Source: Tubiluchus corallicola (taxonomy: Eukaryota; Animalia; Priapulida). From it: 64,000 nucleotides of DNA. Positions 1 to 14,300 of this stretch are shown piece after piece. The stretch is taken from NCBI GenBank assembly GCA_030141605.1, contig JAQGDQ010000170.1, positions 372,001 through 436,000 on the forward strand. Direction: 5' to 3'. The number at the start of each line of letters is the position of its first letter. The stretch's first letter is position 1. The notes below the pieces were generated by a model. The model had not been told where the DNA came from. It searched no databases and saw nothing but the letters and a program-made list of their open reading frames with translations. A program made the position numbers and the translations under genes.

Positions 1-312
1 TTATACTTATACTTTACTTATACTTATACTTATACTTATACTTATACTTATACTTATACTTATACTTATACTTATACTTATACTTATACTTATACTTATG
101 CTTATACTTACTTATACTTATACTTATACTTATACTTATACATACTTATACTTATACTTATACTTATACTTATACATACTTACACTTATACTTATACTTA
201 TACTTATGCTTATACATACTTATACTTATACTTATACTTATACTTATACTTATACTTATACTTATACTTATACTTATACTTATACTTATACTTATACTTA
301 TACTTATACTTA
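1..312. repeat. (TTATAC)n hexanucleotide microsatellite with a few variant units
   Basis: Directly visible; runs off the left window edge. Confidence 0.98.
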
Positions 313-834
313 ACTAAAATTAGAAGAATTATGCAGACTTCGTGCAAATTACAAGCCATTTATGTCCTCAAAATGTTTACTAGTGCTAACCAACTGCATT
401 AGCTAAGGACATATAATTAAAAAACAAACAAATTGAAAAATCAAGCAGAAATTACTACAGTCAGGAAAACTTTTCAATGGCCTTTAATTTGTTTTTATTA
501 ATGAAACCAAATTTAGTGCCTTTTTCAAATCAAAGACATCCGTTAGAATTTAAATTTAAACAAATACTTTTATAATCAAGTAAGCTTATGATATTAATTA
601 AATTGCGGTTGTTACTTAACTGTGCCTTAGGGGCAAAGACACTGAAATTGCAAGCATTTTTACATTCAATGCACAAACTACGCCCTGCGGCTAAAAAACT
701 TGAGCAGCTTTTGATTTTGCACTAACAGAAATCAGTGAAACACAAAACAAAGGTGCAAAGCTTAATGATTTATAGAGAATCTAAATCTAGCCCGAATCCA
801 AGAAAAGTTTTTGAGTTCCAGAGTTTTAAATCAC

Positions 835-1012
835 CATCATTTTCACCTCCCACCACCATCAGCAGTGCAGCGATGGTGGCAATGGTAGAAGTAACAAAAG
901 TAGCAACAATAGCGGTAGCAGTGTTCTGAAGAGTGGCATAAGCAATGACAACATCGTCAACGAGAACGACGGCAACGGCAACAACAACGACAAGAACAAC
1001 TATACTAACAAT
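835..1012. repeat. Degenerate trinucleotide low-complexity tract (CAC/CAG/GTA/CAA)
   Basis: Period-3 cryptic repeat: caccaccatcagcag...gcaacggcaacaacaacgacaagaacaac. Confidence 0.6.
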
Positions 1013-1935
1013 GGCTCATCACAGTCAAATCTGTTAGTAATTGGCATGATTTTAAATACCGAATAAAGGCTGCTGTTTTGACAATAAGTTAATTAGAAAC
1101 AATGCAATTTCTCTTACGGATGCAAAAAATACCAACATTTTACGTTATAGTTGAGTTATGGTTTATTGCTAGCAAATTTACAGCATAAAGTCGTGCATAA
1201 AGTTATAAAATGGCTGGTACTAAAAATAAGACATCGAACTAGCAATCGTAATGGCGCTGCTTCATCAAAATCACGAATTAAATGTTTAAAAGTACAAAAT
1301 ATATAAACAATACAAACAGGGAGTAATAGAATGCAAACGCAAGTAACGAGAAATCACAATTTACGAAGAAAAAGTTTATTGAAGATCGTACTAGCAACAC
1401 GGCACAAAACGTTTTTTATCCGCTCTGTTGATACGGTGGAAACAAAAGTGTGCGAGTTGGTACTGACAAAATACTGAAGTTCTAAAAATGGGTTACTAAA
1501 ACGGGCGTGCGGCAAAAGATGAGAAGAGTGAAAAGATCAAGGTCGTCAAGCAACATGTATGGTTTTTCTCGTTGACAAGGAAATAAGGAATGCCGTCGGT
1601 CAAGATTATTAGTTTTCAGCAGCTGTTGGGCTTTTTATTGCCCTTAATAGATATTTTATCTCGTCCCGCCTACAGCACATACAACCGTAACCTTTAATTT
1701 GATTACGATTTTCTGTGATATAGCTCACTTGAATGCATTAACAGTTAACTTCGGCGTGCTTTGATAATTAGTTAATGTAAGGCGTGAAATAAGCAACCTT
1801 GTCCAAACCACGGTTGAGGACGTTAACATGGTTTTGCAAAGAAAAATTTCAAAAACGTAGGAAACGCGATGGTAAATGAGTAAATTCATTACAAAGCAAA
1901 AACATCATGTGCGAACCTAGAATGAACTTAACTAT

Positions 1936-2148
1936 GGTTGTTATAGACTTCTACTACATAGTAACTATGCAGGAATTAATTATCAGGTTATTGCTTTTGC
2001 AAATGGTATTATCACGGCGTGGAATTTCTTTGATAGGATAGGTTGTTATAGACTTCTACTACATAGTAACTATGCAGGAATTAACTATCAGGTTATTGCT
2101 TTTGCAAATGGTATTATCACGGCGTGGAATTTCTTTGATAGGATAGGT
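1936..2148. repeat. 105-bp direct tandem duplication (2 copies, 1 mismatch)
   Basis: 1936-2040 equals 2041-2145 except ttaaTtatc/ttaaCtatc; GGT microhomology at the junction and at 2146-2148. Confidence 0.97.
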
Positions 2149-2634
2149 AATGTAAATTAATGAGATATAATTATTAAGTTAGAGACTTTAGAGACTTCCT
2201 GAAATCGGCTCTGATCTATGATTAGTAGGTAGCCATAGTTTGAAGACAGACGTGCAGATTATTTATCCGAAATAATTATAAATGCATCGGTTAAAGAATC
2301 GCATATCTCAATCAGTTCCAAAAGTCTTGTACAGAATGAAAAGTGAACACGAAATGTGTATAACCTAAGCAATTAGAAACATGGAAAGACACTAAAATAA
2401 CTGAGACTCATATGTTGCGACAGGTACTTGCTGAATAAAACACTATATCTGCATTAATAAACCTTTAGTTTGATCCTCAATTAAGGCTTCTTCGTAATTA
2501 AATACGCAAAAGTTCCTGTGCCAGTATGTTGAAGAAACGTTCTATACAAAAAGCTGTACGAGACTGAGCCAGACATTCTAAATTAAATCCTGTAAAAACG
2601 AAAACAGTACTAAATTAGAAAGTACGACAATTTT

Positions 2635-2700
2635 TGCACCCTACTGGGACTCGAATCCAAGGCCTTCTGGGCAACAATGCTAACCATTACAGCACAGAGG
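2635..2700 (-). mobile_element. tRNA-derived SINE head / tRNA pseudogene fragment
   Basis: Minus strand cctctgtgctgtaatggttagcattgttgcccagaaggccttggattcgagtcccagtagggtgca has an A-box-like TGCTGTAATGG and a B-box GGATTCGAGTCC; the anticodon arm is shortened; homologous to 63262-63324. Confidence 0.65.
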
Positions 2701-4253
2701 TATAACACATTTTGAATTTGAAGTCATCCTCATGAGCTGGAAGATGCTCGAATGTTTGCCTAACATTCTGCAAGGAGGAAACTAAATTACTCCCATCCGA
2801 ACAGTCAAACAAAGCTGTGACTTACCCTTGAATAAGAGAATTCTTATATCTCTTACAACTGTGAATTATTATTTTTTATAAATTAGTTTATATTATTATA
2901 GTATCATCACTAACACAGAGTTACTGCTTGCGTTATTGTGGTCTCACTCTATCATGTTATGATTTTGATACAAATCGATCGTAATGTTACAGCAGGTCTA
3001 ATGTGTACAAAATGTAATTTTTGAACCCACAAACCTTGAAAAGCTGGATAGAGACCAGTTTTACGTGATGAATGACTACACCCTGTGCCCAAAGCACTAA
3101 ATTTTTTGCTCGTCATTCGAAAAGAACTAGAGCTTTGCGACTGAACTAAGATGCTTAGAATAACATACGTCAGTTTGTACGTCAAAATTTTTGATACACA
3201 ATTGGTGTTCCAGTGAACTTGAGCACTATTACTTCCAAATAATTACGTAAATTGTATTAATCACCTGACTGCGGATAGATTATTTATTTTTCAAGGCCAA
3301 TGTACCGGACGTACTGCTATATTACTTTAAACGATAGGCTGCACGACTTGGGTTCGTTGCCATTCTTGGTCGACTTCGGGAAAACACTGGATAAAAGACA
3401 CCGATAAGGGGAGCAGGATTTGCTAGTTTGTACAGCAAAATCATCCATTAAACTTACGGGACTGTCAGACTGCCTATTATAGCCTTTTAGTAGGAGTCTA
3501 ACCTAGAGGGTTAAAATTAATACCTTATATACACTGCTGTGTTGCTTGTTCGGGCAAATAATAACTGAAAATAATAAAACATGTACAGAATGTATGCACA
3601 CAAAGATGAAAATAACAAGATTAAAAATCAAGCAAAACAAAACCAAAACAGAACAAAAACATTATCTGTTACAAATAACATTAATTTTGCAGTTTGGAGA
3701 GGCACGTTCCAGTATGTTACATTCTTTCCTGCACGAGAATTCCGCTAACACCTCAAAAATTGATTTTAACTGGCGAATCCCAAACAGTTTAGGTAATGTG
3801 TGCCGATTACAGTAAACTCAGCGTGATAAATTTAACGACTGACTAAATGCTAGATAGCGAAATGTGTCATACTGTTATGTTTTGATCTAAAAAACGTGCT
3901 CGATAAAGCGCTACCATGGTCTCTCAACACTACATAATTTAATAATTGTTATTAACTGTTAAAGAATCAAGATAACGTGACAATGCTGCGGTACATTCCG
4001 TGTCATGTTTTCCGACTGTCAAACGTGCTTCACACCTGTGGTAACCGACCTGCATCAAATTGCTCGCTCTATTTCATTGGTAATGATAGCTGAACTTGTT
4101 TGTTTTAGCGCAAAATTGTGAGAAAATATCAAATAGTTTTACAAAACCGACACAGAATGCTTTTTCTACCTTTTAACCATAGCGTTGGATTTGTATATAT
4201 CCAGAGATAAAGTAATAAAAAGAGGAAATTAGATTTGCATAAAATTCATAAAG

Positions 4254-4264
4254 ACAGAGAGAGA

Positions 4265-4312
<48 letters not shown>

Positions 4313-4318
4313 AGAGAG
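4254..4318. repeat. (GA)n microsatellite with a G run
   Basis: Directly visible. Confidence 0.95.
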
Positions 4319-6199
4319 ATGCAATAAGTCATACAATAAACCGTGGCATCAACGGACAACTTTATTTTGAAATAACATCTAAGTAGTTTGCGTTTCCCTG
4401 CTCGCCTTTCTTTTCATTCTTCATTCTTTTTTCTCTTTTCTCACTCCACGTCAGCTCTTTCTTCTCTTCTTTGCCTCACTTCCACCATCGCTCTTCTGCC
4501 TTTCTTCTTTCTGTTTTTTCTCTCCCTTACTGCTTCTTTCTTTTTCTCACACTCTCTCTTTTTGTTACTTCTTCGTTTGTCTGCCTTCACGTCCCTAAAT
4601 GTTTGTTAGCCTTGATATAGGTTGCCCTTTTTTAAAATAATGACAAAGCAACAGTGTAAAATCTTGCACCAATTCACGATACCCCTACATTTGCTTTCAC
4701 TCTTTACCTACGTTATAATTGTAGTTCACTACAATACTACCCTGTATTAGCCATATAGTAATTAAATTTCTTGTATTATAGTTGTTCCGTTTGAAACTGT
4801 AACATTTGCTCGTAAACCTGTTTGTTCTTCATTATCATTCCTAGGTCATCAGTTCGTTATGACTCCATAAAACAAACTATAATTGTAAATTACTTAGATA
4901 GGAATGATACTAGATGATATCATACTATATCATTTTCATCAACATTGTGTTTATGTTAGAATAACTATGGAATTAATTATTAGGAGGAAACTCGTTTGTT
5001 CAGATATCGCTAGAATAATCAGTGCAGTGCCCACAGCTATAATTATGTGGTTTATATCGCATTAATATGCCTAATTTATTTAAAAGCTAATACATAAGCG
5101 TTCGCAATCGGAATGCTAAAACAAAATATAAACATTTTAATGTTCACCTGGATTTTATTATAGGTCTCATTTTTGTAAGCTGTCCGACAATAAATAGTTG
5201 TGCGAGTCAAACAAATTGACGTTAATAGCTTACCACAGGCTGAAGAGCTTTAAGCTAAGTTAGCTACTTATTGTTTAATAACATAGGTCTCTTATTTACG
5301 AGTGTAGTAATTATATACCTTATTATGAAATCAGGAAACACTAATATGAGAAAACTATTTCAGAAAAATTTGATCTACGCATTACAGAATAATTTTCAAA
5401 GCTTCCAAAAGCTTGCAAGAATCTTCACGCCAGCATGCTAGCTGGAGGACAAGCTTTGGGTGAGTGAAACTTTCTGAGTATTCCTGTGGTTTGCCAACTA
5501 TCACTTTTAGCCCTACTTATCTTTTCATAGTTGAATGCCACATCCTAGAGCAACACACACGGCGGTGGGTCAGTTGGTCACATGTAGGCCAAAGACAAGG
5601 GCTCGGTCTGATGGGTGTGTATGTTTAAATAAACTCTTTACTTGAACAAGTGCACTCAACCTCTTGAAAAAGAGTTGAAATCCGCTAAGAAAACCTACTT
5701 AAAATGTTATCAAGTTTAAGCGATAAAATGACGAATTGGATATAATGTCGGCTAGCCTGTGTGAACCATGCCGCTGCCTAAAAACCCACAAACTGCCAAA
5801 TTTACAATTCCCGATTGACCCATTAATTAATTTAATAGAAAATTAAGATTATTTGTTTTTTGATAGTACACATATTTATGGACTACTGTACGTGGGCTGA
5901 ATTTTACATTGGACACTTGTTCATTTGTAACTCTGCATCTCGCTAAACCTGACACTATACTTAAAACTTCCAGCCGGAATTGTTAGCATATTCATGGCCT
6001 TCCACTACGGAATGGTAACTATTACTTAACAAGCACAAATTGGCTTACAGGAAGTGAAAATTAGATATTTTCATCGAACCTTCCGAGCTAATTAATCCAT
6101 GTCAGCCAGTATGTACGTATGTGTCTCATCGAAGCAATTCAAGTTAAAGGAGCTTAAATATGGGTCTATCTCATACATTTCCGTACTGCAAGTTAGCAG

Positions 6200-6203
<4 letters not shown>

Positions 6204-6230
<27 letters not shown>
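6204..6230. repeat. (AT)n microsatellite
   Basis: Directly visible. Confidence 0.9.
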
Positions 6231-6235
<5 letters not shown>

Positions 6236-7401
6236 GGAAGTAATGAACCATAACTTAAATATTAAATTTTATAGCAATAGCATGACATCGTAAATGTCTA
6301 TCATTTCCAGTTTACGTTTCCAATTTTATTTTTCATTTTCAACTTATCAAACGAGCAAATGAATTTTTAACAGCCAATCGCGCGTAAAACAAGCACTTAT
6401 TTAATACATTGATTGAATTCCGTTATAATTGTTATTATTTTAATGTGACGCTTCATGCTCACTTGAGTTAATTAAAGCTGGTGACACGGATACAAAGTCC
6501 GACAAACGTGAGTTTTATCACTTCATGATGGCGACAGACAACAGCTCTATACTACACCGGCTCTTTGACCTGATTCCTCGATTATATTAACCATATACTT
6601 GCGAAAAAGCAAAAGTAGCGAAAGCAAAAGCATACAATCTAGGTTAATGCCAGCTGGTGAGTCTTGTGTGGCTGGTTGTAAGATCTACCTGTAACTGATT
6701 ACAGGTATTGATTACCTGCGTAAAAGTGCACTTTCTAATCTACTTTAAATCGTTTGTGTTGTAGATTAGCAAGATTGCAATCAGAGAGCTTTAAAAACGC
6801 TTAAACGATAGTAATCTTCGGAAACCGCCCAGGGGGTAGCTATACTAGGATAACTCAACAGAAACTCTTTTGTAACAAACATGCATAAAAATAGTTTCAG
6901 TGCCTGCATGTACTTTGATAATAATGTATTAACTGTTTTCCCATTTACTAATATATCACTGAACTGTAAAAGCCTAAAAATTTATTTATAATAATTTTTT
7001 TAATATTTCGTAAAATGATCATTGATACATTTAGTTAACTGAAAAGTTATCGTGCATTTTTCTCGACAACCCTTTACATTTTAGTCAGATTATCACATAG
7101 AGACAAATTATATATAAATAGCATAGTAGCCGCGCTGTGAAAATTGGACTTCCAAAAATTTTGCACACAGTTTCTCACTGCCCTGTGGAATTTGCACTGG
7201 TTACATTCTTAAGATCAAAGTGACATTGCAACAAAGTTGGTTCATGTGGGAAACAGACTTAATTACCAGACGTTGTAATTAAGATATTCCCATAGCTGTG
7301 TTACAAACTAGAACTACTAGTGAAGTACATACGGACATAAACAATTCCTTGGCTAGCCCAATAAATAAATCTGACACAAATGATGCCCGAAGCATTTCAC
7401 A

Positions 7402-7876
7402 ATCTTGTTTTGTGACGAAATTTTCCACCTTGGGAGTATTGGTTGGTAAATCGCAAAAGTTGAATGCGCTGACCTCAGGTCAGAAAATAACTATAGCGAT
7501 TGTTCATTTACGGCAAGCAAGCAATGAATCTTGTTTTGTTGACGAAATTTCCTACTTCGTGAGCATTGTTAGTCTGCTTGGTAAATCGCAAAGTTGAATG
7601 TGCTGAGCGCTAACCCCAAGTCAGAAAATATCTTCACGCAAGAAATGCATTTAAAACTTAATTCTGTTGAAAACTGCAGTCATACCGAAATTCAATTACG
7701 CCAAGCAAGCAATATATCTTGTTTTTTTTATGGAATTTCCCACTTCGTGAGCATTGTTAGTCTACTTGGTAGATCGCAAATTTGAATGTGCCGAATACTG
7801 ACTCCAAGTCAGAAAATATCTTCACGCAAGAAAGGCAATTAAAACTTAATTCAGTTGAAATCTGCAGTCATAACCA
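7402..7876. repeat. Diverged tandem repeat, ~190-bp unit, about 2.5 copies
   Basis: Recurrent blocks atcttgtttt...ttggtaaatcgcaaa.ttgaatg...gtcagaaaata near 7402, 7528 and 7716; cttcgtgagcattgttagtct and tcttcacgcaagaaa.gca.ttaaaacttaattc.gttgaaa.ctgcagtcata are shared by copies 2 and 3. Confidence 0.9.
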
Positions 7877-7999
7877 AGTTGAATTTGGTAAATTCATAGA
7901 TGTGCTCTTAAGGAACATCTTGTCTTCCTTATAAAAATTTTTCCGCATCCAAAGAGAGTCTGCATCGAAATATGTCATAATTCAGGCCAAAAAGCCGTT

Positions 8000-8310
8000 T
8001 ATGTGATGGCGATGGTGACTGTCATGCTGGAAATGATGATGATAATGAAGAAAAAGAAGAAGAAGGAAAAGGAAAAGGAAAAGGAAAAGCAGGGGAAATG
8101 ATGATGATGGTGATGATGATGATGAAGTAAAAGAAGTAGTAGTAGTAGTAGTAGAAGAAGAAAATGATGATGACTACGATAACACCTACGATATGAAGGC
8201 TGAAGTGGTGGAGGCCTCACTAGTGCTGAAATGATAACATCAGCGATGCCAATGATCATAAGAATAACAGTGGTAGCGATGCCGAGCGGTAATGTTTAAC
8301 AACGGCAGCA
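8000..8310. repeat. Compound microsatellite (GAT)n/(GAA)n/(GAAAAG)n/(GTA)n with degenerate trinucleotide flanks
   Basis: Directly visible. Confidence 0.9.
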
Positions 8311-11300
8311 GCCATTACGTAAAATCCGTGAAGCCCCACGCGCCCCTGGCACAGGCTGGCACGGCTTTCAGGTAAACTGTCAAATAAATGTTAATGGTGG
8401 CAGTAAGTGAGTAATTAAATTAAATCTCTTGTGGGCAGGGATTCAGTTATCAGAAACGGTTATAATGTGTGAAGATGGGCGCGTGTAGAGATGGCTTCAC
8501 TGGAAAATAACAGCTTAACATTGATGTGAATTGATCCTGTCCGACTTATTTCCGAGACACTAGTGCCATTTCCCTACCAACCGTTATTATAAGTAAAAAG
8601 CATTTCGCTTATAAGATGATCAGATAAGAAACGAACCCGGTAGAACACCATTGACTTAAACTGAACGAACACTTGATCCATGATCCAAATGACTCATTCT
8701 TAGCTTCGGGTCGTATACTATGCAGTTTTCTGACGAACTAAAAATGCGATCTCACTTTTTGATCTGTCCCCAGTGCGTGACATGCAATTTATTCTGGCGG
8801 AATAAAATAATATCACATGTATTTTGTTATCAGACTGTCAACGAAATGGATATTAGAATTTAATAAGTCTACTTAGAACCTAATATTATCTTCACACATT
8901 TGAACTGTGTTAATTCAAGGTTAATTCATTAAACATTTCCATAGTGTGTAGGCTATTCCTTAATTGCTATTAAAATGAAGGGAATGTTGCTATATAAAGG
9001 ACTGTTATTTTACCATTACAATGACGGCGAAAAAGCAATGGCGTGACTGAGCCTTGTCTGTGTTGTGAGTGGCTGTCATTGAAGGAATTTATAAAAATCA
9101 GCTTTAAGTGAACAAATGAATTGTGCCACTATCAACGAACTTTAGAAAAAGCGACTAAATTTAAAAACAACTGCTTTAATGATCTATTCTCCTCTGTTGA
9201 ACACAATACTACCAAAAGTGAAAGAAAAATTGAAAAATGACTTTGAACTTGAAGCGTGTATGCTTGGCAGTCATTGAGAAATCTCCGAAAACAGGTGCAC
9301 CGTCTTCTTACTTCATCGCGTGTCGACAACAATCTCGTATACGACAAATTATGCGATGTTTAGAAAAATAGACAAAAAGCTCGAGCAATAGCCAATAAAT
9401 TTATCACTTTAGTATGCTACTCGAGTTTCTATTAACATTGCCCGAAGCAGTATTAAATCCTTGGCATAATGAAATCATTGTAGTAGTCATGAAGACGTTC
9501 AAACTTTAATAAACAACAAATAAGAGTAACAAACATAACGGGTTCACATTCTTTCCACTAAGTGATCAAACTTGTGATTTTTAAGGACAACATATCATCA
9601 GATTCTATGCACATTTTAATTAGATGACCTCCAAATACCATCCTCATTACTTATGAATTGAAGCACATTTTCTGCATCTTTGCCGGTTTGTCGCCAAAAA
9701 ACATTGGCGTATAATATAGTGCTTAAAGTTACTTGTGCATAAGTAGTTAGACTACAAAACACCTAATGTTGTCCTATTGGCTGCTACCAGTACTAGACTA
9801 CTATAAGTAGACTACTTGAAACCCTACTAGAATAGGCTACTGCCATAAAATTATAACACACTAATTAAAGGAAATTATCAAAACTGCCAGTTGACCAAAT
9901 TAATACAATTTAGGCAACATATTTAATCTCTATAATAAGTTAAGGTGCCATTAAACTGTCAAGATGCCAATAAATTTCATCCATCATGAACTAATGATTA
10001 AATTATGGAGCTTTACATTTAATGACTAATTTGTGTAATAAGTAAAACTAATTAAAACTAATATACTCATCTTACCTTTGTGCTCAGATTCATCGTGGTT
10101 ATCTTGTAATTAGTGTTCCTTTTCGTGTGCCCTGCAGATCATCTACTAGTTACACTCTCAGATTTGAGTTTGGTTCTATGTAACTCTTGATTGTAACTTT
10201 TAGGTAACTTTTTGTTCTGACGCTGAACAGCTGCTGTTTAGATTTTCAAGGTTTGCCAGTCTTGTACCTATAAACAAAGTATCAAAAAAGTTAATGCGAC
10301 CAAATTTAAAGAACATATGAATTATTTTGCGTTCGGGAGGCAATACAATATTTTACTTAAAAGTCTTCTTAAGCAAGAGAAATTTTTAGAATTGGATAGT
10401 TTTGTACCTGTCCATTTCCACTAGCTGAGTTTTACCCCGAATTTTGAAAGTTGTTATAATACCCGAGCGATTTTGTGTGTTTCAGGCGATGGTATAGTCA
10501 TGACTTTTAAAGTGAATTGTTGCAAAAATAACTGTCAGGCATTGGTTGGGAGTGAAGATGCCTTCCGATGGACTCGCTTGCTATCATGAAGCCTGCAAAA
10601 ACTTTTTATTCACCCTGTAGAAGCCATCAGATATTGTACATTGAATGTTAAAGAAACAGAATCAAGTTTCTTGCAAGGATTGGTTTAGCATGGTCGCAGG
10701 ACTGGTTTTGGAAAGCATATTGCATTGTTTCTCTTAGGACTGCTCACTCCTAGGAAAGTTACTGGGAACTCCCCAACCGTTAAACCTACGCTGCAGATAT
10801 TAAAATCATATCGTGAATAATTTTGTGACTCACTGTATAAAAATAAAAATGGAAATCATTGTTGACTGAAGTAACGGTCTTTACACATTCCTGGCAAGAA
10901 ATCTTGCAATATACAGCAGTTTACGTGCACAAATTTGCGAGACCGCGACGATTATTAACCATAATCCGCCATTTATCTAAACGCGCGAGTTCACACTATG
11001 GTGGTTGACTGTTTCGTTTTAATTCTATAAAGATATTGAATAAAGACTCTAAGACGCAGAGGACCTTGAACAAATTTTTAATTGTTCAGCAAGTTGCAGA
11101 AAATGCGAAGATAAGACTAAAGCACACACACATAGAGACCACACTTATAATCCAAAATATCTGTTTCGTCAATAATGTCCTACTTAATAACCCAAGTATT
11201 ATTAGACGAAAGGGTTTACATGTCTGTCAGACTTATATGATAATATAGTTGATAAAACAGTTAAAGTACAGGCTTGGAGTTTCTTGTAATAATTTCTATT

Positions 11301-14300
11301 AGATACAAATTCGCTATAGCGAATTTATAAAAAGTTTATTTAGGCCTGATGGCTGCTTCCAAAAAATTCAGGCTGAAAAACTGCTTATTTTGCAAACTAT
11401 TTTACGAAAACTGACATGGGAACAGAATAGAAAATTTAGATTGTGAAACCACAGAAATACTCAGCTTAGCAAGACTCATTTTTCTCAAACTAGATTCGTT
11501 TTCTTAAGAGTAAGGCCTATATACCTACAGTTCCAGACCATGTCTTCCATTGACTACGTCGGGGCACATTCCAGAAGAATTTGTTGCTGCAACAGTTTCA
11601 TATAATCATAAAAGAATGTATCCTAAACACAAAACCGGCTGGTGTCAACAATATGTACTCATATATATGAAACCATATTCATACTACGCTAACCGTTTTC
11701 CAAGCCAGTCACACTCATTCTTTTATTTGCAATACTGAACTCGAAAGCAAACTTTCCAATCAAACTCATCACGTTTACTCATAATACATGTGGACGGTCA
11801 AAACTCTTTTTCGTGGTTAGTCTACTTATACACCCGGCCATCTATTTGAAGTTGAAGGGTGAAAATTTAATGTTCTTTGTCTATTCACAAAGTAGCCGCA
11901 AAAATAATAACAACATCAATATATAAATAAACAAAATCACATGTTTATGATGTAATTCCAATTACAGTGACGTATGAAAGGTCACGAAAAGCAAGAACGT
12001 AAAAATAATCGAAATTCCTGAGCAAGGCTCAGATGTGTAGTCTTTATGCGTAGTGTAACGCAAGCTCACAAAAGACTTCTTGCCAGTAAGACGTTAATTT
12101 TAAAGTCAAGTTTAAGTTGTGGCAAATGGGAAATTAATTATCATCTACTGTACTTCACAAATAAGGCGCTGCCTTGACATCTGAATAAAAACTGTTTGTT
12201 ACGGCATCTAAAATTGGCCTGAGGATAGGTATGTTAATGATCGGTTTCACTATTCTGTTGAAAATTTCGAATTCCATGTTTTTCGGCGGTGCATTTTGAA
12301 AGTGTGACATAATGCAGGCCTGTTTGTTTTGTAATAACAATCACCAACTGCGGCTCTGGGCTTTACTGTGTAGGTAAACTTCTGGATTTTTTGTAGTGCA
12401 TGATATCGGATAATTCTCCTGCCCGATGCACACTCAACTATACGCTTCAAACGCATTACTGCCAGAATGGCATCACTGAGAAGTGTACATAGTTTTATAA
12501 GGTTCCGGTAAACACACATAGTTTTGGTATGAAAATCTTACGATAATATAGCATGACCGTTGAAGTTTCAAAAGTTTTGCGCTGTCTAATTCTTCAGCCA
12601 TGACTTCATGTCACAATGACCCTAGCACTGTACTCTCTCCTGACCGTAAAGCTCATAATAACCTCTGTATTTGCTGTTAGAGACAAAACTTACAGTTTTA
12701 TTGTAATTTCTGTGATAACTATAAATTCTTGGTAACACATGGCAGATGTTGAAATACTCTCTTTTTATTAAACTTTACAATGCAGAATACAAGCCATATA
12801 CAGAATAAGCTATGCAGAAAAAAGAGAGTCACGATAAACAGCTTGTTGATCCTGCTATGGCAAAATTCGAGAAAATTCAATATTTCAATCCAAAAGTAAA
12901 AAGTGAACTGGTGCCATTAAATATAACTGTGGACACTGAATACAAAATTGAGAAATGGGGAAAATTTGTACATGTAAATAGGCAAAACTTCCTTACTTTA
13001 CGTTTATTTTTCATGTCGGAAAAATAACCCATTATAAAGTATGCAACTCTTTGCCTTGCTGCGTAATTTGTGCCCTAAATAAATGAGCTGGATAATGTAA
13101 AAAAGATCAATCAAACTGACTCAAGCAAATACAAGAGACAGCAAGCGGCACACAAAGTAAGAAGTCAGAAAAGCATCTTTTATGGCTAACGAGACAAAAA
13201 TAAATGCATGTTCAGATACAAGAAAACGTCCTACGGGGATAGCCAGCCCGAGACACAGTCACAAAAAGAGCTTACAACATTGACAAGTGTCATTCGAAAC
13301 CTACGTCCTAAATATAGAAATGAGAGAATGTACTAGTATGTAGCAGTTATATTCGTAGAAAGTGAGGTATAAGACAAAAGCGTACAAAAAGTACAACGGT
13401 TTTTTGTGAGCTTAATTCTGGCCAGCAAACTATGCTAATGACGAAAGGCTGTCACAGAACTGCTTGTAAAATTATTTAAACTGAACTATGCCAGTGAAGA
13501 ACTACTAGGATATTATTAAAATTCATAAACCTGAACAAAGTATAATTTCCTCATAAAAACTGCAGGCAGTTTGACATGTTTTGGATCCTTTATAGATGTG
13601 TTTACCAGATGTGATTACAAAAATATGACGACAACAGGCCGCAGAATAACCTATAATAAGCCTGGTTGTCAAGTTATTATGCACATTTATTATACGTCCA
13701 ATAAGCGATTTCTGTGAGCGCTTTCTGTTGGAAATCCCGCATGTCACAAAATTGAAGCTATAAAAAATAATGTGAAAGTAACTGACACGTTCACGAAAAC
13801 AAAAAGGTTGCAGTGAATGGTAGCACGCAATTTCAGATTAAAACATTGAAGGAAAATTTGTTCACTGCTTACTACTTTGTGTTTAATGGCTATAACTTGC
13901 AATACTTTAGTAAGCGAAAAACCGTAAGTTCAACGCACACGTGTTTGCGCAAATATTACTAACATTATATAGACACGTAAATTTTCCATTTGAACTAAAT
14001 AACCACTGAAAGTGAAAATGGAAAGTTTTTACAACAACTTGTAAAAATAAAGTTACTAAGCCTGCCAAACATTCTAGTTTCATTTTTGAAAGGCTGTAAT
14101 TATTTGGGCTGTCTTGAGTGTGTGCGAAAAAATGTACAACTAAAGTAGGGTAGGAGATCTTTAAGAGCTGGGTCACTGTGAATTGCCAATCAGTTCTTTG
14201 AATCTCAACAATACTTGCAATTTTGCAATAGGTAACAGCGATTTACAGACGCACTTTAGTGAAGAGTCTGACATTAAACTTTAATATAGCTTTCTTGTGT

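Noticed and set aside
1-312. (TTATAC)n as a telomeric repeat
   Set aside because: It does not match the known animal telomere units TTAGGG/TTAGG/TTAGGC and is treated as an ordinary microsatellite
98-313. ORFs with TY/LY repeats, and likewise 7999-8259, 21649-22153, 29551-29942, 30399-30670 and 57933-58181
   Set aside because: These are translations of microsatellites with no coding evidence
2635-2700. Functional tRNA gene
   Set aside because: The anticodon arm is truncated and the acceptor stem does not pair, so it was called SINE-like instead
11307-11326. Perfect 20-bp palindrome AAATTCGCTATAGCGAATTT
   Set aside because: A single palindrome of this size in 64 kb of AT-rich DNA is plausible by chance and has no supporting context
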